Shown here in pieces: positions 1 through 11,198 of a stretch of 56,822 nt of DNA (positions are counted from its first letter, which is position 1; each line of letters starts with the position of its first letter). Made by a program: the position numbers and the translations under genes. The stretch is taken from positions 1 to 56,822 of the forward strand of contig NKIB01013469.1 in the NCBI GenBank assembly GCA_002256025.1. The letters are read 5' to 3'. The stretch comes from Asterionella formosa (lineage: Eukaryota). The notes beneath the pieces were generated by a model that saw nothing but the letters and a program-made list of their open reading frames with translations, did not search any database and was not told the DNA's origin.

Positions 1-2238
1 CTTGCTCGTCAGGAGGCATTGCGTTGGTAGGTTTAGTAGGAGTGTCGAATTCCTCGTCTATACCGGATCCGTCTGTGGTGAATTCGTCCATGTCCGCTGT
101 GGGTTTGGCATTTCCATGCCAGTCGGCACATTTAAGGTCTCTTGTGTTGAAGACCTTTTTCGTTGTAACGTTGTACATGCGGTAGGTATCACCGGCGTGG
201 TCATGGCTGTATCCAAGCATGACACATTTGACACTTTTTGGGGTTGTTTCTGCCTTGGCGTCCGAATCGTGGCCCACCCCACCCTGCCAAACTGAATCAG
301 GTGAGGATAAATCTTAGGCTGAAAGCCGTAGAAAAGCCAATCGGGGCATTTTCCTGTATTCGAGTTAGCAACAGAGTTTATTAGTCACGTGTGCATGTGG
401 ACACTCTCGGCCCACAGTAGCCCCTGGTATTCGTCTGACAATTTTGCGCTGATCATGGAGGCACATGCTCGGTCTGGTATCATCACAAATTTTCGTTCCA
501 CGACTCCATTCTGTTGAGGAGTATGGGGGGCAGTATACTCAATCTGAATACCCTGCGTGGTGCAGACGATACTTAGACTGGTCATGTTTTCACCGGCATT
601 GTCGCAGTGTAGGAAGCGTACAACATAGCCCGCCCGCTGACTTGAGTGTAGTCAATAGGGCATCCGCGATGCTCGCCAAATGACTTTTCTTGTTAACAAA
701 ATAACTCCATGCCTTGCCTGTGTACTGATCCATGAATAGAATCCAGTAGTTGCTTCCAATTTGAGATTTCTTGTAGGGACCTGAAATGTCCACGTACAAT
801 CGTTCAGCAGGAGTAGAGGCCTTGAGGGTCGTGACTTTAGGTACCGCTTTGGCCTTTGCCTTAGCTAGTGCGCAGCCTTCACACGACTGAATCTTGCCCG
901 TAGGTTCAATACCGAGGGACTTTAGCGTTGCGCGAAGGGATGCCTCGCTGATGTGGCCGTATTTGTCGTGGGCCTCGTTGATGTCAATTTGCATTGGTTT
1001 CTTGGTAGTTTTCGCCGTAGGAAGTTGCGTCACTGTCTTGGTATTTGTTGGAGTAGGATCAGGTGTACGGTTTGTTGTCAAGTCATGGATAGACAAGACC
1101 GTTTCGGATTGTAGGGTACGTTTTCCCTTGAAGTAGTAAAGGACGCCTTGATCCTCACAAGAAAAGGTTAGTTTGTTGTCGTACCCTTCCTTATGTAGAC
1201 TCAACTCAGACCCCTTCATGCGTGCCTTGCACCCTCCGTTCTTGACAAATTGCCCGATGCTGATGATATTCTTGTGGAAGTGTGGAGTGTAGAGTACCTT
1301 GCATAGTAACATGGAGCACGTCTTGTTGGTAATTAAAATGTCACCTCGTTTCATGCATACCACCTCTTTACCGTCACTGTCACCGACAATGACCGAGACG
1401 TTGACATTTTCGACATTTGTCATGTATTTGTCAGTCATTGTGATGTGCGTGGTAGCTCCAGTGTCCGCGAGCCAGTGCTCCGTTCCGTTGCTTGATGCAC
1501 AGTATTGGTCTTTGTACCACTCATCTTCCATTGTAGGGACGAAACACAAGCGTAGGATTTCTTCAGTAGGAGTCTCGGTATTATTCTGCGTCACGTCCAT
1601 GGTACCGGGGATATCATCCATCGCCTCCATACCAGTAATCTCCTCGCACATTCCGACGTACATTCCGGTTTCTTTTTTCTTCTCGCCGCGTGGTGCGCAT
1701 TTTGGTTCTGGGCAGTCTTTTGCAAGATGCCCAACATATTTATTGCAATTATAGCACTTTATCTCATTTTTTTGTTCCTACCGTTTGCATTCGTTCCGCT
1801 TGTGTTTGTTTTCGATCGGCACATGTCGGCCTTGTGCCCTTGTTTGCCACAGTTCTTGCAGATACCTTTGTATTTCTGCGTGAATAGGGCAATCTCCTTT
1901 GTGCTCTTCATGCCCTTTAGCTTTCATTTGTAGAATGCTCTGATCTTTCCTTTCAATTCATTGAGGCTGATTGTTGTCATGCCCTCGACGACTGTAACAA
2001 CCTCGCTGTACTCCACTGGAAGCTTGTCGATAACGTTCGCAATCACTTCCATTTCTTTCTTCTCAAATGATGGGTTGATCGCCATCATCTTGCTTTGTAT
2101 TAGATCGAGCTCAATGAACCATTCATCTGGATCAGAGGAGCTATTGTTCAGCTTGCATTTGTTGAAATCGCTTGCGAGCTGGATCAGGTCCGACACAGAA
2201 TGGGGGGCATACCTCGCTTCGAGGTTCTTCCACACCAT
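1..2238 (-). mobile_element. Decayed Ty1/copia LTR retrotransposon (gag, protease, integrase); runs off the left window edge
   Basis: Gag-like ORF 1924-2238 ends in a TGA that is probably a mutated CGA. Read-through gives zinc knuckles CKNCGKQGHKADMC and, after a frameshift, CYNCNKYVGHLAKDC. ORF 590-1663 has the protease motif WLADTGATTH, the pre-integrase HDKYGH...CEGC and the integrase start ERLYVDISGP. ORF 385-585 has EYTAPHTPQQNGVVER. The order PR-INT is copia-type. Confidence 0.93.
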
Positions 2239-3023
2239 AACTTACCTTACAACACTTTAACTAGACAGAAAGATGCAAATGAAATCGTCAACCTTGCTTG
2301 ATCCAAGTTTGAGATACATCATGTCAAGAACATATACTGACTTTGTGAAAGCAAAGTTAATAATGAGCAAATTGGGACCACGCTTGGAGATGAGGTCGTT
2401 TTGACACCAAAATATAATGCAGAAATTGAGGGAGAGCGATTTGAACATGTGCGCCTGTTCCAAAACTCCTGTGTTCCGCTACATGAAGTTTCGCTTGATG
2501 TTTTTTCTTGTCAAACCTTGATAATCGACGCAAATGCTAAATCTGCTGTTATTTCTTGTTGTAGTATCTCTTTCTTGGTGTACTTGTAGTTGCATGCTGT
2601 TTCCCTTGCCTTGGCAAGCTTCACCACGAATATGTCCAATTTTGATGACATCGCCATTTCCACATCATCACAATTGTGGTTCACTGCCGTTACCACCTGG
2701 ATTTTCTTCATTTTTCCTGTTATGAAATTGCTTCCTTTTAGCGCCTTTGTTGCATTGCACTGCATTGAATATGATGCCTTTGTGGTGCTGGTATCGTTGC
2801 AACCAGACCCCAGCGATGTCGCTTTTTGGCTTATTATTCCCGCCAGGGAATCCGGAAACCTCACTTTGTAGACGCACAACCAACGGAATCCTTGCTGCTC
2901 AGTAATTGTACTACCTGTAGTCTCTATTTTTCTTGTCTTTATACTTAGCTAAAAATCTCTCTCAAAATAATCAATATTCTCACAAACAATCCTTTTCAAT
3001 TTAAACTAGTCTGTTCATTCACC

Positions 3024-4000
3024 TTACATTCGCGAGTTGGTCAATGAGAAGACCAAAATATCAGTGGCTCCGATATCATGGAGAAGATCCATCTTTTCTG
3101 AGACTTCATCCTTCTTGACAAGTGATGACACCGACTTGTAATGCCCATCGTCCAAACTGGTAATGGTAGGAGAGCGCTTTCCAGGTGTGATTTTGGTGGC
3201 TTCCTCCAATAATTCATTGACGACATTGTACATAATCATGACATACTTTGTAGAGGTAATGTAGCCGTCAATGCGTCGCTTCAAAAGGTTCACAATATCC
3301 TGGTGTGCTGAGTGGGGGTTGGATATAAGAATGGCCTGTTCCAGTTGTCATTATCGCAAAATGTGAGTTGACAATTCTCTGACCGATCAAAGTGAGATAA
3401 GACACCATAGCCAACACCTACCTGTGTAGACAGGATGTCATGCACAACTTCAAGACCTGCAGCTCGCATGGTTGTTCCTGTCTCGACCAAGTCTACCACA
3501 GCATCGGCAAGTCCTAATCCACAGGCTGCTTCCACAGATCCCGACACAAAATTCACTCTGGTTGTCACACCTCTGGCCTCATCGTATGGCTTGAAAAAGG
3601 CCTTGGTCACATCGGGAAAGCTAGTGACAATTCGTCCACCTGCCAAATCCGCAACGTCCTTAATACGAGTAGAAACAGGGGCTTGCACACACAGTTTGCA
3701 CTTGCCAAAACCAAGGTCCATAATGTGTTGAACCTCAACATTAGATTCTTGAACAATGTCGATACCGGTAATACCAATATCGACATTACCTTCGCCGACA
3801 TATTTGGCAATATCTGCTGCAGGAAGAAACACGAGAGTAATAGGTAGACCCACACAGAGTGCCACATCGAGGCGCTCCTCGCGTCGAAATTCGACCCCTG
3901 CGCCTTTGAGCAGGCTGACGACCTGTTCATGTAGGCGTCCTTTCTTTGGGACGGCGAATCGGCAGTTGCCGGGTGGAGAAGAATTTCCAGCGGCGCTCAT
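3024..4000 (-). CDS. HIS1: ATP phosphoribosyltransferase (histidine biosynthesis), 2 exons: 4000-3422 and 3335-3024, about 296 aa
   Basis: Motifs FAVPKKGRL, DIGITG.D, DLGFGKC.L and GSVEAACGLGLADAVVDLVETGTTMRAAGL, plus the C-terminal TPG.RSPT regulatory domain. A phase-0 intron at 3421-3336 (GTAGGT...AACAG) joins the two ORFs in frame. Confidence 0.96.
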
Positions 4001-4417
4001 GGTTCAAGAATTATTGACAGATTATCAGATTCTTGGATGCTACTTAAACAAATTATGCGTTTGTTGGAGCGATGAATGCGATGGAATGATAGCGCAAGGA
4101 GATGGAGTGGTAAATTATCCGATGTATCATCGCTTCCGGTTCAACCTGAGGCTGCGTTTTGCTTGCATGTGGTTTCATCCTTTTTTGAGACGCGGGCAAT
4201 GTTGGATAGCTACTTACAGACAAATCAAATGGTTACATGTGGAAGGAACCCTGAATCTAGTTTGTCTGATGAATCTGCTCCTCGGCTGCCCTCAGAAGGA
4301 TCCTCATCGGTAGACAGGCAGGGCGTGGGCGCTGAGGAGGAGCCATGAACAAGCAACGATGAGTCCTCAACGCACCATCGAGCGATCAGCGCTGTGTGTA
4401 GCGATACCGTAAAACCT

Positions 4418-4500
4418 GCAAGTTGCAGTAATATTGCTGAAGAAAAGGTTTAGCTTAATTTATCTCAGATTAAATAGTTTATTTAAGCAAAATGACCTCA
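4418..4500. repeat. Short dispersed repeat, sister of 27749-27842 (MITE-like)
   Basis: Shares GCAAGTTGC...TGCTGAAG...ATTAAAT.GTT.ATTTAAGCAAAATGACC with the copy at 27749. Confidence 0.6.
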
Positions 4501-4583
4501 ATGGTATGGATAGTTTTTTTTTAACTTTCTTGCCCTTTTTGGGGAGATACACTGGCTTGCACATTGTGGACTACCTACTATAG

Positions 4584-4805
4584 CTACTCTGAGCTTGAAC
4601 CCAGCCATACCCCATGTGAGGCATCCAGGTCGTATGTACCCCATGTGATGTGTTTGCTGGTGGCATGATTTCGAATAAGATTTTGAGCTCTAAATACGAT
4701 CATTTTGGCAGATACAGCAAAATGATTTTGATTTGGCAAATACATCATACCAGGACTTGCATGCTTTTGAGTAAGTTGTTGCAACTCAATTGAAACCAGC
4801 AACAA
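4584..4805 (-). pseudogene. Old canonical piggyBac transposase fragment
   Basis: The translation FAVSAKMIVFRAQNLIRNHATSKHITWG resembles the piggyBac block (S/A)VDE.MI.F.GR..L.QY...KP.KWG. The catalytic Asp is lost. Confidence 0.4.
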
Positions 4806-5788
4806 AAATTTCTTCGTTACAATTTGAAATTAGGCAATAGTTACTGACTAGTAGTCTCATCCTACTAATAGTAATGTAATTTAGCAAAACCATGGCTGAT
4901 TATATGTATTTTTCTCCATATGTTAGTATGAAGACTGTCTTTCCAGCAATATAATGTGCCAGAGTTTTCTTGTCAACTTTTGCTGTCAGAAAATCTGCAC
5001 CTTCACTCTCTATCATCTCTGCTAGTATTATGCTTACTATCTTGCTGTATGAACTCCTGTTCTCTCACTTACTCCACCATAGTACCACTCTAAAAGCCAC
5101 ATGGGCTCCTTTTCTGACTCCTACATCCTACATTTAACAACCTTGCAAACCTGGCACTCTGGACTCCAGTGCAAACCAATTCCACTACTGGCATGATAAT
5201 TGAGGGTCATTTAAAATATTCTTTTTAGCAACAAGAACTATACTAGAGGTGCTACTGCAGCCATGTACCGGATGCATACCCCCAGGAATTATCACTCGGA
5301 ACAATTGTTGTTTTGTAACCTGGTACTAGGTTTTTACTGGTGTAATTAATTGTAACGGTCAATGATCGGAATTTCTTGAAATTTCTCAATCTATACGCCG
5401 CACTTTTTTTGTGCGTCGTTGTTGCCTTCGCAGCATGATGATAAACGAGCGTGCACATGTACTGTACCATACCTCGGAGTAGGTACCTTTTCATTATCTA
5501 CGTCACTCCCAGCTGGTATAACAGAAGTCATCGGCATAAGAAAGGCAATTACAGCACCACATTGTCACGTTCATCAGACAAACTTAGGTGCATTTTACTG
5601 CTTGTCCGACCTGCTGCTCGTGAAGCGCACTACCAGGTACCGGTAGTTACATCCATCACTCTTACTGGGACGTCAAGAGTACACTGAAGAGCCAGCTGAA
5701 CATACCAGTTCATCGCGTGCTTTCCGGACAGCGTTGGAGGCGTCTCTGCATCCGTGGTGCTGTTGCTCCATCATAGTATCCCGTCGCA

Positions 5789-6907
5789 ATGCAACGGCAT
5801 CATTTGCTCCTTAGCGTCGCTGGAGGGTTTGCCCTCCCAGTTACTGCCTCCTTACCGCCGTTGATCCCCATTCATCGCGTGGTGGTGGTCGGAGGAACGC
5901 ATGGCAACGAGTACACCGGGGTCTGGTGTGTGAAAGCAATGGAACAACAAAAGGATATTTTCGCGGCGAACTTTCCCTCTCTACAAATTTCCACCTTGAT
6001 TGGCAACCCGAGAGCGCACTTGGAAAACAGACGGTTCATTCATTCTGATTTGAATCGGGAGTTCAGAAAGGAATATTTGCTCCAGCAGCTCGATACAAAC
6101 AATGTTGAAGCTGTTCGAGCCAGAGAAGTGGATTCAATCCTCGGTCCGAAATTGACGGAGTTAATGCATGACCAAAGGGTGGACTTGGTCGTTGATTTGC
6201 ACTCGACTACGGCTAACATGGGACTGACAGTCATAGTACCTGAGGGCGACGCAGTCATGGCGCAAGCAGCTGCGTACATGCTTTTGAAATGCAAGGGTTC
6301 GCGATGTCTTATGCATTCTATCCCAGATCAACGAGATCGTCCGAGTTTGTCCTCGGTGGGCAAACATGGAATTACGATCGAGGTGGGTCCTGTTCCTCAG
6401 GGGGTAGTGCGACATGACGCGGTTGAAAGCACACAACAAGCCATTCATGCGCTCATGGAGTTTCTGGACAAACGAAATAGTCAAGGACATGAGTCCATGT
6501 TGAATCAACTAATGATGGCATATCCCACTGGTCGAGTGCCCCTATTTCGGTCAGCGCCCGCAATGGTGAGTGGTGAAATGTCAGGAAAAATACAATGGCC
6601 TTGTGATCCAGACAATCCAAATTTTCCGCTGTGGATGGTGCACAAGTCACTACAGGATCGAGATTTTCAGTTGATTCGAACTGGGGACCCTATGTTTGTG
6701 GCATTGGATGGATCCGTTGTTCCATACGAAGGAACTCATGGTGACGAAGTTTTTTTGATTTTTATCAACGAAGGAGGCTATTACTATAAAAGCTCTGGGA
6801 CAGGCATTGCAGTCGCGGCCCTATCGGAATTCAATCTTAAGACTGGAACTATACTTAATGATGAGGAGATGGTAGGTTCTTGTGTGGAGAAGGGGGACAT
6901 GAAATGA
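5789..6907 (+). CDS. ASPA: Aspartoacylase (AstE/AspA family zinc hydrolase) with an N-terminal hydrophobic leader
   Basis: Motifs VVGGTHGNE, GNP.A....RF...DLNR.F, DLHST, IEVGP.PQG and FINE.GYY in an intronless 372-aa ORF. Confidence 0.92.
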   Translation: MQRHHLLLSVAGGFALPVTASLPPLIPIHRVVVVGGTHGNEYTGVWCVKAMEQQKDIFAANFPSLQISTLIGNPRAHLENRRFIHSDLNREFRKEYLLQQLDTNNVEAVRAREVDSILGPKLTELMHDQRVDLVVDLHSTTANMGLTVIVPEGDAVMAQAAAYMLLKCKGSRCLMHSIPDQRDRPSLSSVGKHGITIEVGPVPQGVVRHDAVESTQQAIHALMEFLDKRNSQGHESMLNQLMMAYPTGRVPLFRSAPAMVSGEMSGKIQWPCDPDNPNFPLWMVHKSLQDRDFQLIRTGDPMFVALDGSVVPYEGTHGDEVFLIFINEGGYYYKSSGTGIAVAALSEFNLKTGTILNDEEMVGSCVEKGDMK

Positions 6908-7606
6908 GAACACATGAGTGGCTTGCGCCTTTTGTAAGCGAATCTGTAGCATCAGGTACGACAATAGATTGGCACCCAAAACAAGAAACAAATGTCTTGG
7001 GCAATAAATCTGGTTATTCCCTATTACATACATCATTAGCCTAGCCAAATTTATCAAATTCACCAAACAGCTACATCAACCATAACAACAACATAATTGT
7101 ATGAAACAATTATTTGAATGTATATATAAAATTTATTCACATGTATGCTATTTATGTAAAAAATTTACTTAGGGTAAAATTATGTGTCCTGGTGACTACC
7201 GGTACAGTGGCTCCCTAATGGTGAATTTGTTCGCTCTTCCATTTTGTTTGAATATTACCCAAGCAGGGAATGGGAATGTAGGGAATACAGGAATGAGCGA
7301 TGTACAGAGCGACGACTGGGTGAATTTGGTCCTATTTCTACCGCATTCCTCCTCCGCCCTCATCAATTAAACTTTGAATATCATGTGCACACAATTAATT
7401 CTTCTTTTCAAGTACCGGTAATCACGACCACATCCACAATATCAAGGATAGGTCAGAGGAAGCACCTTTGTTCGCTCAATTTCGTTGTGTTGGGATTCGC
7501 TTCCGTCATCCCTGCCGCCAACCGGAATTCGTCTTGCAAGTACTCGCCGCTGAGTACCAGGTAGTCTCCCGAAGCAGGCAGTACGAAATATTGCTATCGC
7601 AACAAC

Positions 7607-8371
7607 ATGGCCAGTGCATCTTGGGCGTGGTACAAGTCCATGCTGACTTCGCGGCCACTCTTGACCAAGGCTACGACAAGTGCTGTCATCATGTCCTTGT
7701 CAGATGGACTATGTCAACGATTCGAAATCGACATGCATCAAGAAATCATCCGCAAACACGGCGCGAATGCCAACTTACAAGCAGGATGTCCTGCATATGT
7801 CACGGCACCCGCGTCGCCATCGGACAAGCTCCTTCGGTACGATTGGACACGAACCTCACTCATGGCAGTCACAGGCTTTACATGGAGTGGCCCTATTTCA
7901 CACATCTGGTATCAACTTCTGGAGCTAATAGTCAAAACAAAACATGTCGTTTGGGGAATGCTATTTAGACTCGTGCTGGATGCCGCCATTTTTTCGCCGA
8001 TTGCCGTGGCTGGGTATTTTGTTTGGCGGACTGCTTTGGAAGGAAAAGGGGTGGACGCTATAGTTGATAAGTTGCAAACCAAGTGGAAGGGAGCAGTGCA
8101 AGCGAGTTGGTCCTTTTGGCCAGCTGCAAATGTTGTCAACTTTGGCATGGTGCCTGTACCGTTTAGAGTATTGTTCAACAATTCTCTAAGTCTACTATGG
8201 AATGGATATTTGTCTCACGTCAATTCAGATCGGCTCGAGTCGGTCGTGGCTTGGCGCCTACAAAACCCCGAGGACTTTGTTGCAAGAGGAAGTTCACAGC
8301 GATCTCAAGCAGAAGAGAATGCGCTCGCATCGCCTTGTGTGTGTTCCCATTGTCGACCAGTGAAAGCTTAA
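7607..8371 (+). CDS. Mpv17/PMP22 family membrane protein
   Basis: Motifs WY...L..RPLLTKA.T, D..R, GP..H.WY and W..WPAAN.VNF..VP..FRVLF.N...L.WN.YLS. Confidence 0.93.
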   Translation: MASASWAWYKSMLTSRPLLTKATTSAVIMSLSDGLCQRFEIDMHQEIIRKHGANANLQAGCPAYVTAPASPSDKLLRYDWTRTSLMAVTGFTWSGPISHIWYQLLELIVKTKHVVWGMLFRLVLDAAIFSPIAVAGYFVWRTALEGKGVDAIVDKLQTKWKGAVQASWSFWPAANVVNFGMVPVPFRVLFNNSLSLLWNGYLSHVNSDRLESVVAWRLQNPEDFVARGSSQRSQAEENALASPCVCSHCRPVKA

Positions 8372-8517
8372 GTAGCCCATCATTACTATCATGTATTTCC
8401 ACTAGTAGAAGAACAAGAATGGCAATGAAGATTAAACGAAATGTTTGACAAATAGTTGTTTATTGGTTCGTCCTATGTTGAGTATTGTTTCATTCTACAC
8501 CATGCAACTACGGTAGT

Positions 8518-10249
8518 CTACTCGTGAGGACTGACGAGAGGTGGAACAGGGTCATTTCTCGCCTTACAATGATCTGTCACGTCCTTCAACCGTTCGTACT
8601 CCTCCATTATCCAGTCTGAAAAGATCTCAGCGTCCGGAACAGCTCGCCGATCAGCTTCGACAGTGAAGTATAAATTGCCATCGTAGCTCTGCACGACAAT
8701 GCCGATTGGTATGCCAGGAGGTAATGGAAGAAATGCAATGACTGCCTCCACGGGTCGTCCAGCCCAGTGAGTTTTGAATGGAAAGCCCCGAACATTGGAA
8801 ATAACAGCCACCGAATGTGCATTTCCGTGCCGGAGGGCCCACTTAGAAAATCTGAGTGGTGCAAAATCCGCCAGGAGCTTTGCTAGTGTCCACGAAATCA
8901 AGTGACCCGGGGTTTGTTTACCTTCCAGCAGTGACTTCGAGACTTCTTTTAATCGCTTCGATGGATTTTCGGCATTTCCAGTTGGGATAGCCGCAACAAA
9001 TGCGCCAATCTTGTTGCCCAGTGATTGACCTCGCATGAGAAAGCCTCCTGTGAGATGAGTAGGAACTACAACATTTATATGCGCGGGATGTGCAATCTTG
9101 GTGTGGTTGAGGATTCGATGGTGGAATTTGAGCTGTTTTCGGATCGCAGCTGTAATGCATGCCACCATGACATCATTCACAGTGATTGACTTGGATGTCA
9201 ACTTCCCGACTTGCTTGACTTCTTCAACTGTTGCAACATGCCGCCATGTGGTAGTCCTGGCACCATCATCGTCACCACTGATTGCCAATATCTTGTCAAA
9301 CGGATTGACCGCAGTAAAGCACCTCCATATCCATAGAGTGAGAGCAACCATAGTCCCCACGGTAAAGAAATGGAGAAGACCAATCATGTCAGCAAAGTGA
9401 CGAAGGAGGGACTTTCTTCGCTCGCGACCTTTCTGCACCTCGATCGCTGCATCAATGGCGTCTTGCAACTGCGAAGCTTCATCGCAAAGGTCTCCAACGG
9501 CAACACTCAAGGATACTCCATCGCACAGCGCATGATGAACACGAAAGAGTGCCACCGATTCTTTTTTGTATTGCTTTCTTTCAAGAGATGCCATTCGATG
9601 GAGTGGGATTGCATTGGAAGCACCCAACCGACCCGTAGAGACTTGGGCTTCCCATAGAGCTTTGCTGACATCTATCATATTTGTAGAGTACTTTTCGATT
9701 CGGTCGACTAGTTCAGTGTTACTGTTGTGCGAGTTGCTGACAACTAGACGATCGATGGTACTGTCTTCCACAACCTTTTCGATCCGAAGGATGGAGATAT
9801 TGAGTTGTAAGTAACGATACAAGGAGAAGCGAGCAGTTTACGATGTCACATACCTCAAAAAAGCGGTCGTCATCTTTGTCGACGCAAAATCCGAACCGTT
9901 CATGCCTGGGGAGAACCCTCTGCTTAATGAGATCGTTCAGGATATTGTGATCAAACTCCTTCTCACCCGGTGGGTTGGCCAGGGCAATAAAGAAAGTAAT
10001 TATCGATGGATTCGCCCGGGTTTGCGATCGAAGGCTGAACCTTCCAATCGAGGACGATAGCCGAGTAAGTTTTCGTTTCTTTGACGATATTATTGGCGAT
10101 ATAAGCAGGTACACAAGGAACATCACTACAGGAGCAAGAACAGCCGCCAATCCAGGGGGAACAAGTCCAAGCTCAAGAAAAGATGGGCCTCCGTGAAGGT
10201 ACCAAGCAAAATTTTCGTTACTATCCTGATCCAATTCTTGAGATGGCAT
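8518..10249 (-). CDS. Wax ester synthase/diacylglycerol acyltransferase (WS/DGAT), 2 exons: 10249-9854 and 9774-8518
   Basis: Catalytic HHxxxDG motif (HHALCDG), TVNDV, GN.IG and ISNV.G, plus an N-terminal TM helix. A phase-0 intron at 9853-9775 (GTATGT...AAG) joins the two ORFs. The acceptor position is the best fit and is not proven. Confidence 0.9.
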
Positions 10250-10655
10250 TCTTCTTAGTAGTCTAATTTGGAAAAATATTTCTTCTTGGATTTTATGCGA
10301 CCTTCGTCCATTCGTGGTACCAGGTACCAGGTACTTAGAGTTCGCTTCACTGTGCTGAAGAACAATCGACATTCATGTTGCCGTCAGATTAAAAAATTAG
10401 ACAAGTAACCGCCGGTAGATATTTAATATACCGGGTATAATAATCCCGGTATAAATATTGCTAATGAGAACTGAAGTCGCTTTCAATTACCGGTACCTGG
10501 TACCGAGGTTGTCACTTGCTGATGTTTGTGTTCTTATCAAAATATTTGATATGGAGGAGGGAATGGAGGAAAATTCAAGGGAACAGAACCTCAATGCAAC
10601 AAGGTCTGATAAATTCGGGAGATTTAGCTTTGTTTTACTGAAGGTACAACATGAC

Positions 10656-10819
10656 CGAGGGTGGAGACTGTCTGCAAGTATTCTTGTGTTCGAGGCTTGG
10701 GAGGCACAAGTAGGTTGACTGAACAAGTGGCATCCCTGGTGCAACAAGAGGGTCAACCTGTGAGGGCCTCTCAAGTCGAGTACACAAGATTACGATACAG
10801 AATGCAGACTCCTCCCAAG
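10656..10819 (+). other. Rod-like imperfect hairpin H1 with 16-nt periodic C(G/A)AG mismatch motifs; outer arms extend to about 10500-10873
   Basis: Nested pairings TCTTGTGT/ACACAAGA, GCTTGGGAGGC/GCCTCTCAAGT and AGGTTGACT/GGTCAACCT, with apical GCATC-CCT-GGTGC. The outer pair is 10547-10566 against 10836-10856. Confidence 0.75.
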
Positions 10820-11198
10820 TAGGGTATTAACTAGGCCATTCCCTCTCCAACTATCATCTTGCCACTCAGGTACTTTTGAGTAATTTTTAGGCTCTAAGTA
10901 ATTTATATTTATGAGCAATATGGGCATATCAAATTTTTCAGCATTAAAAATGCAGATTTTAGCATGACAGCCAGAATAATGGTAATATGCATAGAAATGG
11001 GAAAACAAGTGTCAAACACACAATAATGATTATTAAATGCAAATCAATGATAATTGAACATGATGTTTGGAGCAACCAAAGTATGATATGCAATGTAATG
11101 AGTAGCGTGAAATGAGAAACAGAAAAATTTGTATTGGGTTAGAAATGAAGCGAAAAATAGGAGTTTCAGTGGAGATGTAGTATGCATTGTAGTACTTA

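Noticed and set aside
3024..9822. HIS1, aspartoacylase, Mpv17 and WS/DGAT as a metabolic gene cluster
   Set aside because: The functions are unrelated and the orientations mixed, which is an ordinary eukaryotic neighbourhood.
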